A stretch of 46,692 nt of DNA from Octopus bimaculoides (GCF_001194135.2 NC_068986.1:46320784-46367475), one strand, 5' to 3'. Numbered from the stretch's first letter, positions 23,133-35,787 are shown. Notes: generated by a model not told the origin, from the sequence alone. A program made the numbers and translations.

Positions 23133-24409
23133 CAGGTGCTGGACAAAATAATGGAAACAACCAACTAGCATCATAGCATCGTAATTTTTAATATCTATAA
23201 AACCATCAAAAGATTGTTTATTTTCATGTTTCTTGATTTATTATTAGTGTTGCTTAATATGTTTTGCTAAAATTGCTGTTTCTTTCCCAATATCATCATA
23301 AAAAGGTAATTTAGATTCATTAAAATGAAAGATCTATTGAACTTTCAAACAGGTAAAATTGTTGGTGCTCATATGGTAGGCACTAACGTAATGAAAACAG
23401 CTGAAATGTGTAGTAAGGAGTACAGTCTCAAAAGTATAGACAGCCTTTGAGAAAGAGGGGAAAAGCTCCTTGTTGAAACAGAACACCGGAAGAAAACCAA
23501 AACTTTCAGATAGGGACCATCGGATTCTTACACGAATTGTTGCAAAAGGATTACAAAAGTACAGCTCCCAAAATTACTGGAGAGCTTAATGACCACCTCA
23601 AGAACTCAGTTTCCACAAAAAGTGCTTGTTGAGAGCTGTACAAAGCTAGATTTCATGAGAGAGCTGCAATCAGAAAACCACAACTTTCAAAAACAAAAGC
23701 TGCAAAGTGTTTGGAGTGTTGTAAAAGCCTACAGAATTGGTCCCTAGAGCAGTGGAAGAATGTTATTTTCTTCGACAAGTCATCCTTTACCTTATTTCTG
23801 CTCACCGGCCAAGTATACATGTAGAGACAGCCAAAAGAAGCATCTGACCCAGACTGCCTACTTCCAACTATTAAACATGGAGGAGGATCTGTGATGATCT
23901 AAGGGGGGGGGGGGCTATATCTTGGAAATTCACTGGCGCAATGGCTTCCCTTTGTGGTAGAATTAATAATCAAGACTTATTTAAGCATTTTATCTAATCA
24001 AACTCATCCTATGGTTGTGTAACTATTTCTGGAGAGAAATGCAATCTTTCAGGATGATAATGCACCAATTCACACAGCTAAAGTTGTTAATGAATGGCAT
24101 AAGGAACATTCTAGTGAAGTTGGAGATCTTATCTGGCCACCACAGTCCCCAGATCTCAATATTATCGAACATTTATGGTGCATTTTAGAAAAACAAAGAG
24201 TCGATATCCTCCACCATCATTACTACAAGAACTGGAGACTATTCTAGCTGAAGAATGGACAAAAATTCCTTTGGAAACAATTCAAACATTGTACAACTCC
24301 ACACCTTGTAGAATTCAAGCTGTAATTACTGCCAAAGGTGATCCTACTCTATGTTAAAATTAATTTGTTTGAAATTTTAAAGTATTTCCATTATTTTGTC
24401 CAACCCCTG
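23133..24409 (+). mobile_element. Full-length Tc1-family DNA transposon (1277 bp), defective copy
   Basis: TIRs caggtgctggacaaaataatggaaac and gtatttccattattttgtccaacccctg; TA on both flanks (23131-32, 24410-11); encloses a transposase pseudogene. Confidence 0.92.
23325..24357 (+). pseudogene. Tc1-like transposase pseudogene with DD36E spacing
   Basis: Starts MKDLLNFQTGKIVGAHMVG; contains VIFFDKSSF, FQDDNAPIHTAK and WPPQSPDLNIIEHLW; frameshifts and stops elsewhere. Confidence 0.85.
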
Positions 24410-24415
24410 TATATA

Positions 24416-24482
<67 letters not shown>

Positions 24483-24484
24483 TA

Positions 24485-24883
24485 GATGCAGGAGTGGCTG
24501 TGTGGTAAGAAGCTTGCTTCCCATCCACATAGTTTTGGATTCGATCCCACTGCATGGCACCTTGGGTAAGTATTTTCTACTATAGCCTAGGGCCAACCAA
24601 AGCCTTGTGAGTGGATTTGGTAGATGGAATCTGAAAGAAGCCTGTTGTATATATGTATGTATATGTAAATGTTTGTGTGTTTGTGTTTGTCCCCCCCACC
24701 ATCACTTGACAATCAATGTTGGTGTGTTTATGTTCCCGTAACTTAGTGGTTCAGCAAAAGAGACCGATAGAATAAGTGCTAGGCTTCCAGAGAATAAGTC
24801 CTGGGGTCAATTTGTTCCACTAAAGGCAGTGCTCCAGCATGGCCTCAGTCAAAATGACTGAAACAAGTAAAAGAATAAAAGAG
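24485..24883 (+). mobile_element. tRNA-head SINE family A, full length
   Basis: Pol III A-box-like gtggctgtgtgg and B-box-like ggattcgatccc, central (TA/TG) microsatellite, 3' half ending gactgaaacaagtaaaaga; many homologous copies in the window. Confidence 0.85.
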
Positions 24884-25169
24884 AAAAAAAAAAAATATAT
24901 ATATATAAAATCTGCCACAATAAACTCCATCTGGCTTATGCAAGCATGGAAAAGAGGGCATTGAAATGTTGATGATGATAATATTAATATAGAAATGACT
25001 GAACTCATGCATTGACAACAGACAAAAGAATGTATCTGCAATTTTCAGACTACGATTTCATTGCAGTATTGAACATTGTAATGAAAGTAGAGTATTGTAG
25101 TTCGCTTGAAGCATTGTGTATTGTTTGTAAAGAATAAAACGTTTAGAATGGTACAGCAAGGCACTATAA

Positions 25170-25363
25170 AACAAAAAATGGACTATATACCTGTTATAAT
25201 TTGGTTATCTATAGTTCTATGATATTTCGGAATTACAATTCCTTCTTCAGATTTTCTTTGCTAGAGTCTCCAGCAAAGAAGATCTGAAGAAGGAATTGTA
25301 ATTCCGAAATATCATAGGACTATAGATAACCAAATTACAACAGGTATATAGTCCATTTTTGTT
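25170..25363. repeat. Near-perfect inverted repeat (about 93-bp arms, 9-nt spacer) with a hammerhead core in each arm
   Basis: 25170-25262 versus 25272-25363: 3 mismatches and one indel in a poly-A run; spacer agagtctcc. Confidence 0.95.
25281..25316 (+). ncRNA. Minimal hammerhead motif with canonical CUGAAGA core (mirror copy at about 25218-25253, minus)
   Basis: GAT-CTGAAGA-A-GGAAT(TGTA)ATTCC-GAA-ATAT-C|ATA. All core nucleotides are present, stem II is 5 bp, stem III is the 4-nt palindrome ATAT, but only 2 bp of stem I are evident. Confidence 0.55.
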
Positions 25364-25567
25364 CAGTAATGAAAGTATTTTACTAACCTTCAGTTTGCTA
25401 TAGGTAGTGCTATGGGTATGTGACTAAGCAGTTTGCTTCTCAACTATGTGAATGCCAGTTAAGTACCCATATGACACATTTCAAAAATGTCTTCTATTAT
25501 ATTGTCAGACTTACCAAAACCAAAGCCTTGTGAATGAATTTAGTATACAGAGACTAAAAGAAACCTG

Positions 25568-25623
<56 letters not shown>

Positions 25624-28118
25624 CAGGTTTCTTAACAGCGTGCTGGATGCTTTTTACATGCCACTGACATGGTAGGTAAATTATTTGAAAAATATGAATT
25701 ATCCACATGACATTGTAATTGTTTTAGAACAATCTAGGGAAATACAATTATTGCCAGTTAAGTAAATCCACAACTCTTGAATCTGCAGCTAGTTTGATTA
25801 AGTGCTTACATATAAAACTGTCTGTTGTGTGTGTCTCCTTGTGTTTATATAATAGAATAGCTATAAAAATTAGTGTCACTGTTACGTAAGTAGAGTCCTT
25901 CATTCCCGCACTTTTGGAATCAGGTGAAGGCTAGTGACAGGAAGAGCATCCCACCATAGAAAATCTGCCACAACAAATGTCATCTGGCTCATGCAAGCAT
26001 GGAAAAGTAGTTGTTAAAGTAGTGAGGATGGCAACAAGGGGGATACGTAATATGTTTCCAATATTCTACACAGAATTTTGCACACAACATTTCAACCTTT
26101 TCCTCCCCATATCCCCATTTTTTTTTTAATTCTAAGTTTTCTATTTCTCATTCCTCTTAATTCTCTCAAGAGTTTATTCATCAAAATAATGATTAGCATG
26201 TAATGTCTACAAAAGTAAACAAAAAATTTTCAGAAAAAATACATAAAAGGAGAAAGTCTGTTCACTTTCAATCTATTTTGTCTTATTACAATTGTAACAT
26301 TCCTTTGACAAGTTAAAAAATAAATTTATGAGAACAAAATTATCTTAAAATACAACTGTATAAGCTATAACTAGCTTTAATATATTGAATAAAATCAGTA
26401 ACATAATTTTCCACTCTATGGTATTTCAGGTTGCCTAATATATTGTTTCATTTATCTATTTAGTATTGGCAAGTAAAATTTGTTATTATACATCATTTAG
26501 CTTCTGATTCAACACACACACATAAAGAGATTACTTACACATAGTAAACACAAACACATAATGTTACCCTATTTGCATATATTCTGTCAGTGTGGAAGAA
26601 ACTCATTTCATCCTTCAGTGCATTTTTCTCAGATTGAATTGTGTTATTTGCATGTTGAAAAGTTTGGTCATTTGCATAGATGAGAAACTAATATAAATCT
26701 ATTTTATTTTTACCTCTATGACCCCAACTCCTCAACATCAGTTTTACATAATTTTCTCATGTTCACATGCAATAGGTAGTTTGAAACATATAAGCCTTTC
26801 ACATGTGTATTTTGTGTCTTTTCTGCAAGATCCAATATTCTCAAGGGTTATCTGGACTGCTTTTTCCCAGGCTTTCCTGGAATGACTCTTTTGATAAATT
26901 TGGAATTGATTCAAATGTAACATTTTAACTAAGACTTTTATGATACAATATCCTGTCATTTATGATACAATATCCAATCTTTCATCCACCAGTTTGATGA
27001 TATAGTATGGATATATATTTTTTTGAATATCAGTACTTGGGAAGTTCTCTCTTAAGTATGAAAAAGACCATTTCTTTGGCTCAAAGAAACTTTTTTCTAC
27101 ATATTAACATGATATTTAGGTTAAATATAACGAAGCAAAATGGTATTCCGTTGGTTAATTCAATGTAGCAAATAGCAATACGTAAATATATTTGTCCTTT
27201 GTGTGTGTGTGTGTGTGTGTGTGTGAGTGAATGAGTGAGTAGGAAGCAGTGTATTTACTTATGCATATATATGTATACATTATCTCAATTTGTAAAGTTC
27301 CTTGACAGTGTTTAAAGCTATGGTCAGATGAAGAAGTAATGCTTAAGACTGCTAAGATCATTGGCTTTGTCTGTAAGATAAGGTAGAACATTAATCAATA
27401 TGTGTGTTGATGTTTTAAAGAGGTTTTGACATGCAAGAATGAGAGAACCTCTTAGTGGTCACTCACCCCACTAGATACAGAAGTCAAATCTCCTTCATAC
27501 CACACTGCACCATCTTAAAAAAGAAATGGTAAGAACTCAATGTCTAACAAAGTTGCTATGGCCATAACTGAAATGTCTTTGTTCATTGACTCACTCAGTC
27601 AAGTTTGATTGGATACAACAAAAATAACAACTAAATGTAGTAAATATTATATAAGACTTTTAGGGGTTCCAACACCAAATTTAACAAATAAAACTATTAA
27701 CCAAATTGCTACCAAATTGTGGTCTTGTCTTCTATGTTAATTTTTTCTTTTATTCTTTTATTGAATCTGTACCAAGACAAGATTTCAGTATGGAATCTAA
27801 ACTATGAATTAAGAGATACACTGACTGCACTGGAACTAATGATATTGTGAAATACTCGTGCAACTTTAATGTTTCAGTTATTAGGCAGGTTCCTTTGTTG
27901 GGTATTCACCTGTATTGCTATCTACTGTAATTAATGGAAGATAAATAGTATATATCTAACATCGCTTCTATGTATTTATATGAGATAAGTGAAGAATATG
28001 AGAAAAAAATGTGAGAAAATATAGCAGACTGAATTTTAGCAGAATGTAAATTGATAAAATATTTCAATATGTATACATATATATGTGTGTGTACATGTTT
28101 TTATGAGTATCTCTCTCA

Positions 28119-28152
<34 letters not shown>

Positions 28153-28409
28153 AACATGCATACACACATGTTTATATAATGCATATATATATGTATGTGT
28201 ATAAGTGTGAATGTATGTACAGATGTATGTATGTATGTGCATGTGTATGTGTTCATTTGTAACTAACTGGATGAATAAGTACTCAACACCAGGAAGCTGA
28301 ATGAGCAATTCTTTTTAATAAAAATTTTTGCTATTTTCCAGGTACCAAAAATTTCCTGCCAAAGGATCAGAATGTTTTCTTATCAGAATCCCAAACACAA
28401 ACGATATGC

Positions 28410-28469
<60 letters not shown>

Positions 28470-29757
28470 TACACATACACACATATATATATATATCCAC
28501 TGCAAAATAGTATTACTCTTAATATAAATTTCTAGCTTTTTCTCTTCAATAATTGCTGTTAAAAGCAATATTTTAATATTCTCAGTTGACTTATTGACTA
28601 GTAATTTTAATATCACTGAAACCATAATAAGCACAGTATCACATATTCATTCCACTCACAAAATATCCTCATACATGACTAATTAGTTATCATAAGCAGA
28701 TCGATGTAATGAAGGAAAACTATTATCTCATCATGGACAAGACAAAGTATAATCATCTCTTGCACTTCTAATAACATTTTATCTTGATCTTCATAACAGA
28801 CATTTATGCCCAATTACAATTTCTAAGATGTCAAAGGCAATTTGTACATATCTTCTAAGGAATAGGTATATATTTGTTAGAATTACATATAATGTACTAC
28901 ATTCTTGATTTATCTATATTTATGTAATTTGGTTTCTTTTTTGATGCTATCCTATGCTGATGTGGACTAAATTCTTCTGAATTGTTGGATCAAATGTTTT
29001 TCCAGAAATATAAGTCTACTGGGATAAAAATGGTTGAGTAAAGTTTAGCCATCAGGATAATACTTGTCTGCATTCAGATGGTAATTTTCCAGATGTGCTC
29101 ATAAATTATTGCGGTCATAAAGATAACGTAGTGATCAATATATATTATAGAAAGGTCTGATAAGATTGTATTGGCTAATAGGAAGTGCATCAAATCTGAT
29201 TTCAAATAAGAATCATGAGAGTGAAGAGAAGATACAAACAGACACAGAAACCTAGAGTGGAAGAATAGCTATAGCCAATGAAGAGGCAGTATGGACATAG
29301 TTAGCAGATTGAGAAATAGTAGTAGTGAAAACAAGAAAATTCTCTCTCTCTCTCTCAAATAGACATAATTTTGTCAGCAACACAAACTCGCAGATATGAA
29401 TTGACATTTTCAAATTATAATAAAATACTAATCATAGTTTCAATCACAGCTTTTATGTCGTGTTTCTTTGGGAGTTATGATTAGTTTCACTATTCTGATT
29501 AACTACTGCTATGAAAGCAACTCATACAATTCAGTGTAAATACCTTCCTAATGCAAGCCATTCAACTACAAAGTAAGAATGGAACCTAATTTCAGCTGGG
29601 ATGACTGAAGCATGTATAACTGTACATGTATTTGTCTTGTCTAAGGTTTGAACTCATGCATTTTTCAGCATAATTACTTCCAAACCAAATAAAACTATAT
29701 AAGGAATTGCAAAGAATAAGCTGAACTTCAGACGCTTGAAATAAGATAGCAAAGACC

Positions 29758-29860
29758 TCCTCCTCTTCATCATCATCATCATTGTCATAGTCACTATTAT
29801 CTTCATCATCACCACCCCCATCACCACTACCATTTCTGTCATCATCATCATCATCATCAT
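29758..29860 (+). repeat. (CAT/CAC)n compound microsatellite
   Basis: Visible trinucleotide runs; a similar tract lies at 2860-2940. (TA)n tracts include 1-41, 3552-3605, 15096-15140, 24423-24480, 25573-25616 and 31828-31872; (CT)n at 28414-28460. Confidence 0.9.
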
Positions 29861-30132
29861 TTTAAATACACACAAAAAAAGAATGTGTATGTTCCACTGA
29901 GGATTAAGAATGCGATTTTCTGTGTATTATGTCTTTTTTCTCATTGGAAAGATGTTTTGTTCATAACAATATTTTCAACTCAAAGGAAAAATCATTCATT
30001 TCATTAGAATAACTAAAGATAAGCTTAAATACCATGGAAATGGTAAGAGTATCTAAATCATTTCTACAGTGAAGCAAATCAATCAAATGCTGTCCGTAGG
30101 TATACTTCTGATTTTCTAAATTATGAATGTGA

Positions 30133-30451
30133 TTTTGAGCGTGGCCGTTGCCAGTACCGCCTGACTGGCTCCTGTAGGATTTTCAAGCGAGATCGTTGCC
30201 AGTGCCCCTGGACTGGCTTGTGCGGGTGGCACATAAAAGACACCATTTCGAGCGTGGCCGTTTTCGTGCGGGTGACACGTAAAAGCACCCACTACACTCT
30301 CTGAGTGGTTGGCGTTAGGAAGGGCATCCAGCTGTAGAAACTCTGCCAAATCAGACTGGAGCCTGGTGTTGCCATCCGGTTTCACCAGTCCTCAGTCAAA
30401 TCGTCCAACCCATGCTAGCATGGAAAGCGGACGTTAAACGATGATGATGAT
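30133..30451 (+). mobile_element. SINE family B, young
   Basis: Three gagcg(tggcc/agatc)gtt subunits, family body and (GAT)n tail. Confidence 0.85.
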
Positions 30452-31668
30452 AGGTATAAAAACAAACCACAAATTCTAGTACCCATTCCCACCACAAGTG
30501 TTTTTTAATGTGCAAAGAAATTGCTAGGAAATGCATGGAAATATTCTTGAATGTCATAAACTCAAAATGTTAAAAGAAGTTTAGTCAAAGCATAGGTAAA
30601 AATTATTCCGTCATGATCAAAAGATAATATGTAACTTAGTCTGATACATGTAAGTGTAGACAGATTTAAATGCAGCATATCTGTTTTTACAGCCAAATGC
30701 CCTTCCTGTCACCAGTACAGACCGGATTCCTAACAAAATATTTCCCATCCTACATGTTTTCACAGGTATTGGAAATTTGGTCCAAGTAGTTCAGAATTTA
30801 TATGGTATCTACAGATTTAAGTGCTTTAGGTGATCATCTTGTTTTCCTAGTGCATAGAACCAGCCTTGGATATTTAACCACTTATCAGCAAGAAAACACT
30901 TTTACATAAGTTATTTAAGAACTGATGTAGAGAGTGTCTCACAAAGAATATATACAACACAGGAACTAATTACAAATTATGAACTGAAATTAATTATTCA
31001 TCAAAAACTAATTAAAACTAAATTTTGAGAGAGTGCAATAAATTTGAAACATCATTCTGATGTGCCAAAAATGTTCAGCCATATAATTAATAAAAACAAC
31101 TGTTTTTAAATTATAAATTAAATATTTAGTTTTCTTTTTTTTAAGGTGATTTAATTATTTAAAAATTCTTGTCTTAGGTTCATGGGGTTCTTGTAATAGT
31201 TATAAGCCATCAACTTGCCCTCAGTGTTTATTTTATGATCAGTGTAGATTAAAATGAGAAACCATTTTGATTTAGATTCAGGAATATGAAGTAAAAAGGG
31301 AAGGTACAATAATTATATATAAACTGTTAGATTTTTAAATAATATTACTATTATAAATACACTGTATGCTGGCTTCAGTGGGCCTGTTTCTTTTTTCTCT
31401 CTTACATTGGCATTTACGATATGTAATATAATTTACATGTAATTACGTATGTTCACATATGTCTTTACCATTCACATAATTTTTAAGCACCTTTTCACAT
31501 ACTTTTACCAATCTTCTGCATTTCATTCTTCCACATAAAGTTGCTACCTACCAATCCTCAGGTTTCATAGTCTAGCAAAGCGCTTGATAGGCTCAGTAGT
31601 GCTGGTGGCATGAAAGAAATGCAGCCCAGTACACACAGTAAATTGGTTTGTGTTAAGAAGAATACTCA

Positions 31669-31826
31669 GCAGGAGTGGCTGTGTGGTAAGTAGCTTGCTT
31701 ACCAGCCACATGGTTCCGGGTTCATTCCCACTGCATGGCACCTTAGGCAAGTGTCTTCTACTATAGCTTCAGGCTGACCAAAGCCTTGTGAGTGGATTTG
31801 GTAGATGGAAACTGAAAGAAGCCTGT

Positions 31827-31885
<59 letters not shown>

Positions 31886-32110
31886 ATGTATGTTTGTGTG
31901 TCTGTGTTTGTCCCCCCCAACATCGCTTGACAACTGATGCTGGTGTGTTTACATCCCCGTAACTTAGCGGTTCGGCAAAAGTGACCGATAGAATAAGTAC
32001 TAGGCCTACAAAGAATAAGTTCTGAGGTCGATTTGCTCGACTAAAGGCAGTGCTCCAGCATAGCCGCAATCAAATGACTGAAACAAGTAAAAGAGTAAAA
32101 AAGTAAAAGA
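31669..32110 (+). mobile_element. SINE family A, full length, nested in an older (GAT)n-tailed element
   Basis: Colinear with 24485-24883; the flanks continue a family-B-like sequence on both sides. Confidence 0.85.
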
Positions 32111-33799
32111 GCTGTAGAAACCATTCCATAGCAGAAAATGAAGCATGATGCAAACCATCCAAACCATGTCAGCATGGAATATGATAATGATGATGATGAC
32201 ACGGCCATTGCCAATGTTGCCACCACCACCAACATCAACATTTTACTTTACATTTACCCATGTTAGCATTTCTTACCTTGCATTCCCAACAACAGAGAAA
32301 ACTGACCATTTGTTGTTGTATATATCATGTATTGAGTATAGGTATATTGACTGGAAGCCTTTCCTATTGCCAGTCACTTTGGAGCATGAACTGGGTATAT
32401 TTTAATAAATTAACAGCACTAGAGGGGAATTACTGTGATAGAACTAAAGAGTCCTTTCAACGCTGTGTTAGAGTTTTTATTTAGAGTTACTGCTCTACTA
32501 AATAGGTTACCAATACTTGGGCTTAAAAAAAACATGTATTCCCCAGCTACTCTTTCCTTTTCATGGTTTGGGTTTCTACAGGTGTATAATGCTTTCTTTC
32601 CTCAATTATTTTGCAGTTTGGACTAGGTGCTGGCACTAGAGAATTTATCTCCAACAAAACTAAAGTGTTCCTGGTAATTTAGGTCACTTCTGTTCATTAT
32701 TTCCATTTTCTAACATATATGGAAGTAAAATATTGCCAGTATATAAAGACATAATAGTGTCTCATCAACAAAGCTTCCATTAATATGATTTTTAAAAAAT
32801 ATGCTTTACAATTTATAGAAATTGATTTTAATAGATTTGAATTACATATAAATTTCATGATTTAGAAGTTCTTTTAAATATCTCACAAAATGTAAGTCAA
32901 GCCATATTAATCAGAAAGTTATTTTAAACTTAAGTAGAGAGTAGATGTTTTCTGTGCTAAGGAGAATGATAAAACTGTGACAAGACTTTGCATCAAGAAA
33001 TCTAGAATCTAAGTTCGTTTTCAATAAAACATATAAAAGCAGAAGTTTTGCATTACAGTAACATATTAAATTTATGTGTTATTATCTATATATTATTCTA
33101 TGACTTAAAAGATTTCAGCCATAAATTTCAAAGAAAGTCACATTGAACAAATTTCTGAAGAAACTAATGACTTGTGGAGTTATATAGAACAGCTGCTATA
33201 ATATGTGTGTGGAATGGGTCTGCTTATCAGCCAAGTCCATACTAATGATTGTCCTGTTGCCCTCCTATAACTGAGTAGGGAGGCAGTTTTTATTTAGTGG
33301 TTATAATGAAAGAGATAGTGTCACAGATGAAGCTGAAAGGTATGAGGGCAGAGACATTTCTCTATGGTAGAGTCTTTGTTGACTATTCAAGTGTCACTTG
33401 CAAAGGAAAGTGAGGGAGGTGCTGTCCTTGATTTATTTTACTGAAATGTGGGTGAAAGTGACAAAAATGTGGATTGCACCACTCTAAATATAATCATGTA
33501 AGTTACATAGCAAAACTTGTTGAGGAAACTTTCTCTTAGTGTTCAGGGTGATTTTGTACAGTGGGGTTCTTTAATCACTCCTAGAACTCCTCTTGTATCA
33601 GGAAGACTGTTTCATCATCATCACTATCATCATTTTTTCTCTTATGCTGTATACCTTATATACTTGTATTCAGTACTTTTTGTAAATACTGTAAGCCATA
33701 TATTCTTTTTCAGAATTATTCCATGCTATGGAAATGTCTTTATAAGTATTTTTGTACCATCCTCCCTCCTCCATTGTCCTAGTGGCAACTAAAAAAAAA

Positions 33800-34365
33800 T
33801 GGCTGTTGTTATTATTATTGAGTGAGAGAACAGTGCATGCCATCAAAGTGGCACTGGGGTAAAATATATAAAGCCCAATACACACATCGTGACTACCTGT
33901 CTGATAAAGGTACGCCAGGCACATGCATCACAACTATATGTGTGCAACATAGTGATCTCATATCAAGATAAACAGTGCATGACCTTGCAGGTGGGGCCCA
34001 GTTAGAATTTTCTTCAGGTTGAGTAGCTTCTCCTGCTCAAAAGGTCCCTAAATAAGGGTTGTTTAAGGATGCTGAACAAAGCACCTATGTTTCCAAAGGT
34101 GAATTATCCAAACCCCAAAGAATTCCTTTCAACACATGGCTATGATGCTCCCTCACTACTTCTGCTCGTGATCAGAGATGCACATATCATCAGCCACTAA
34201 GGGACATGCTCAACTGGTTATAGTCAAACAACGGACAAGCAAATCTGTGGTATTGAGCAGAATATTTGATGTAGACCATCTTTTATACTGAAACAAAACA
34301 ATGTACATGATAACACTCCCAATCAGTTAAGATCAGAAACCATGGAAGCCACTGCCTGGTTCTGT
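33800..34365 (-). mobile_element. Unclassified interspersed repeat with an (AAT)n-like tail, probably a non-LTR retroposon 3' end
   Basis: 34125-34270 is homologous to 5220-5360 (gatcagagatgcac...cactaagggacatg...gacaagcaaatctgtg); on the minus strand it ends in ctctcactcaataataataacaac. Confidence 0.55.
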
Positions 34366-35536
34366 ATCAGGGAATTTATTATTGCTATTATTATTACTAT
34401 TATTATTATTATATAAGGTTTTTTTCTTTTGCTACATTGAGCATGGTGGTGCTAACTCAACTGTTAGTTTACTTATAGATGGCATCTCTGGCTAATTCCT
34501 TCAGTCATTATGATCAATTTTTATACTTACAAGTATATATTATGATGCATCAGTATAGTGATTTCCTTTTCATAAAATAAACAAGCACAGAGAAGGCTAT
34601 GCTTTGTTGAGGAGGTTTAATAAGATGGAAAATGTCCAAATGTTTGGTTACACTGGCCAAAATCATACTAAAATAATATTCATTAAGTGGATATTTCTCC
34701 TTACTGTGAAATTGCTTAACTAGATATTTTCTCTTTATTGTGCTTACAAAACTCAAATGAGATCTCTGTTCCTGCATTGGGTATAGTGATATTCAGATGC
34801 AGATAGTCTAGGCAACATCAAAAAAGGTTACTCAACTGTTTGGCATGTCGTCATGTGCCACCACAAAAAAAAAAAAAAAAAAAAAAAAAAGTCACATACA
34901 TACAGCTAAATGTAAAAATATCTTCTAAAAAATGAATAGTGCACAACAATGAATATGCCTGTTATATATCATGAGACAAAAGCATTTGTAATTACATGCA
35001 TTTCAATATACCTCAAGATATTATTGATGACAATGTTCCTCATTATTTGACAGGAATGGAATTTAGCGAAATGAAGGAATTGGGATTCTCAAGAAAATCA
35101 ATATCGTGCAGGTGGAATACACAAAGATGATGATGATCCATTCAACCATCCGTCTTCGCCATCTGCTATTCTTGGAGAGGTCATGGGGGCACAATCCTCA
35201 GGCTCCTCCTCTATAGTGTCCTGTCAGAAACAACTGTCATCAAACTTTCCTGCTGGATTCCAAAGTGTGTCCAACTGGAACTATGGATATTATCTAAACA
35301 TCATACTCTTGGTTTACTCCTAGGTCTCTTTTATTTGTATTCATGATCATATTTATTTGAGAAATGACTGAAAGAATATGATCATGAACACAATATATCA
35401 AAATGGGGTTTCCTCCAAAGATCTTTCAAGTAATATTACTTGATAGTATGTACATCTCAGAGATCAGGGAATCTCTCTAGATCGAGTCACTACTTCTCCA
35501 CATTAAGAGGTCACAGCTCTGGTACTTATGGACATA

Positions 35537-35746
35537 TACTCTTTTACTTGTTTCAGTCATTTGACTGTAGCCATGCTGGAGCACTGCCTTCTAGTCGAGC
35601 TAATCGATCCCAGAACTTATTCTTTGTAAGCCTAATACTTATTCTATCGGTCTCTTTTGCTGAACCGCTAAGTTACGGAGACGTAAACACACCAGCATCG
35701 GTTGTCAAGCGATGTCGGGGGGACAAACACAGACACACAAACATAT

Positions 35747-35787
<41 letters not shown>

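Noticed and set aside
28322-28420. Plus-strand acceptor-like ttttccag|gtacc with a short ORF
   Set aside because: No donor; the frame runs into a (CT)n microsatellite.
29000-29260. Possible LINE endonuclease remnant on minus
   Set aside because: Only a vague LANT-like motif; too decayed to support.
30116-30385. Recurrent peptide MKPDG..LAEFLQLDALP (also 3545, 22765, 36435, 43153)
   Set aside because: Antisense reading of SINE family B, not a gene family.
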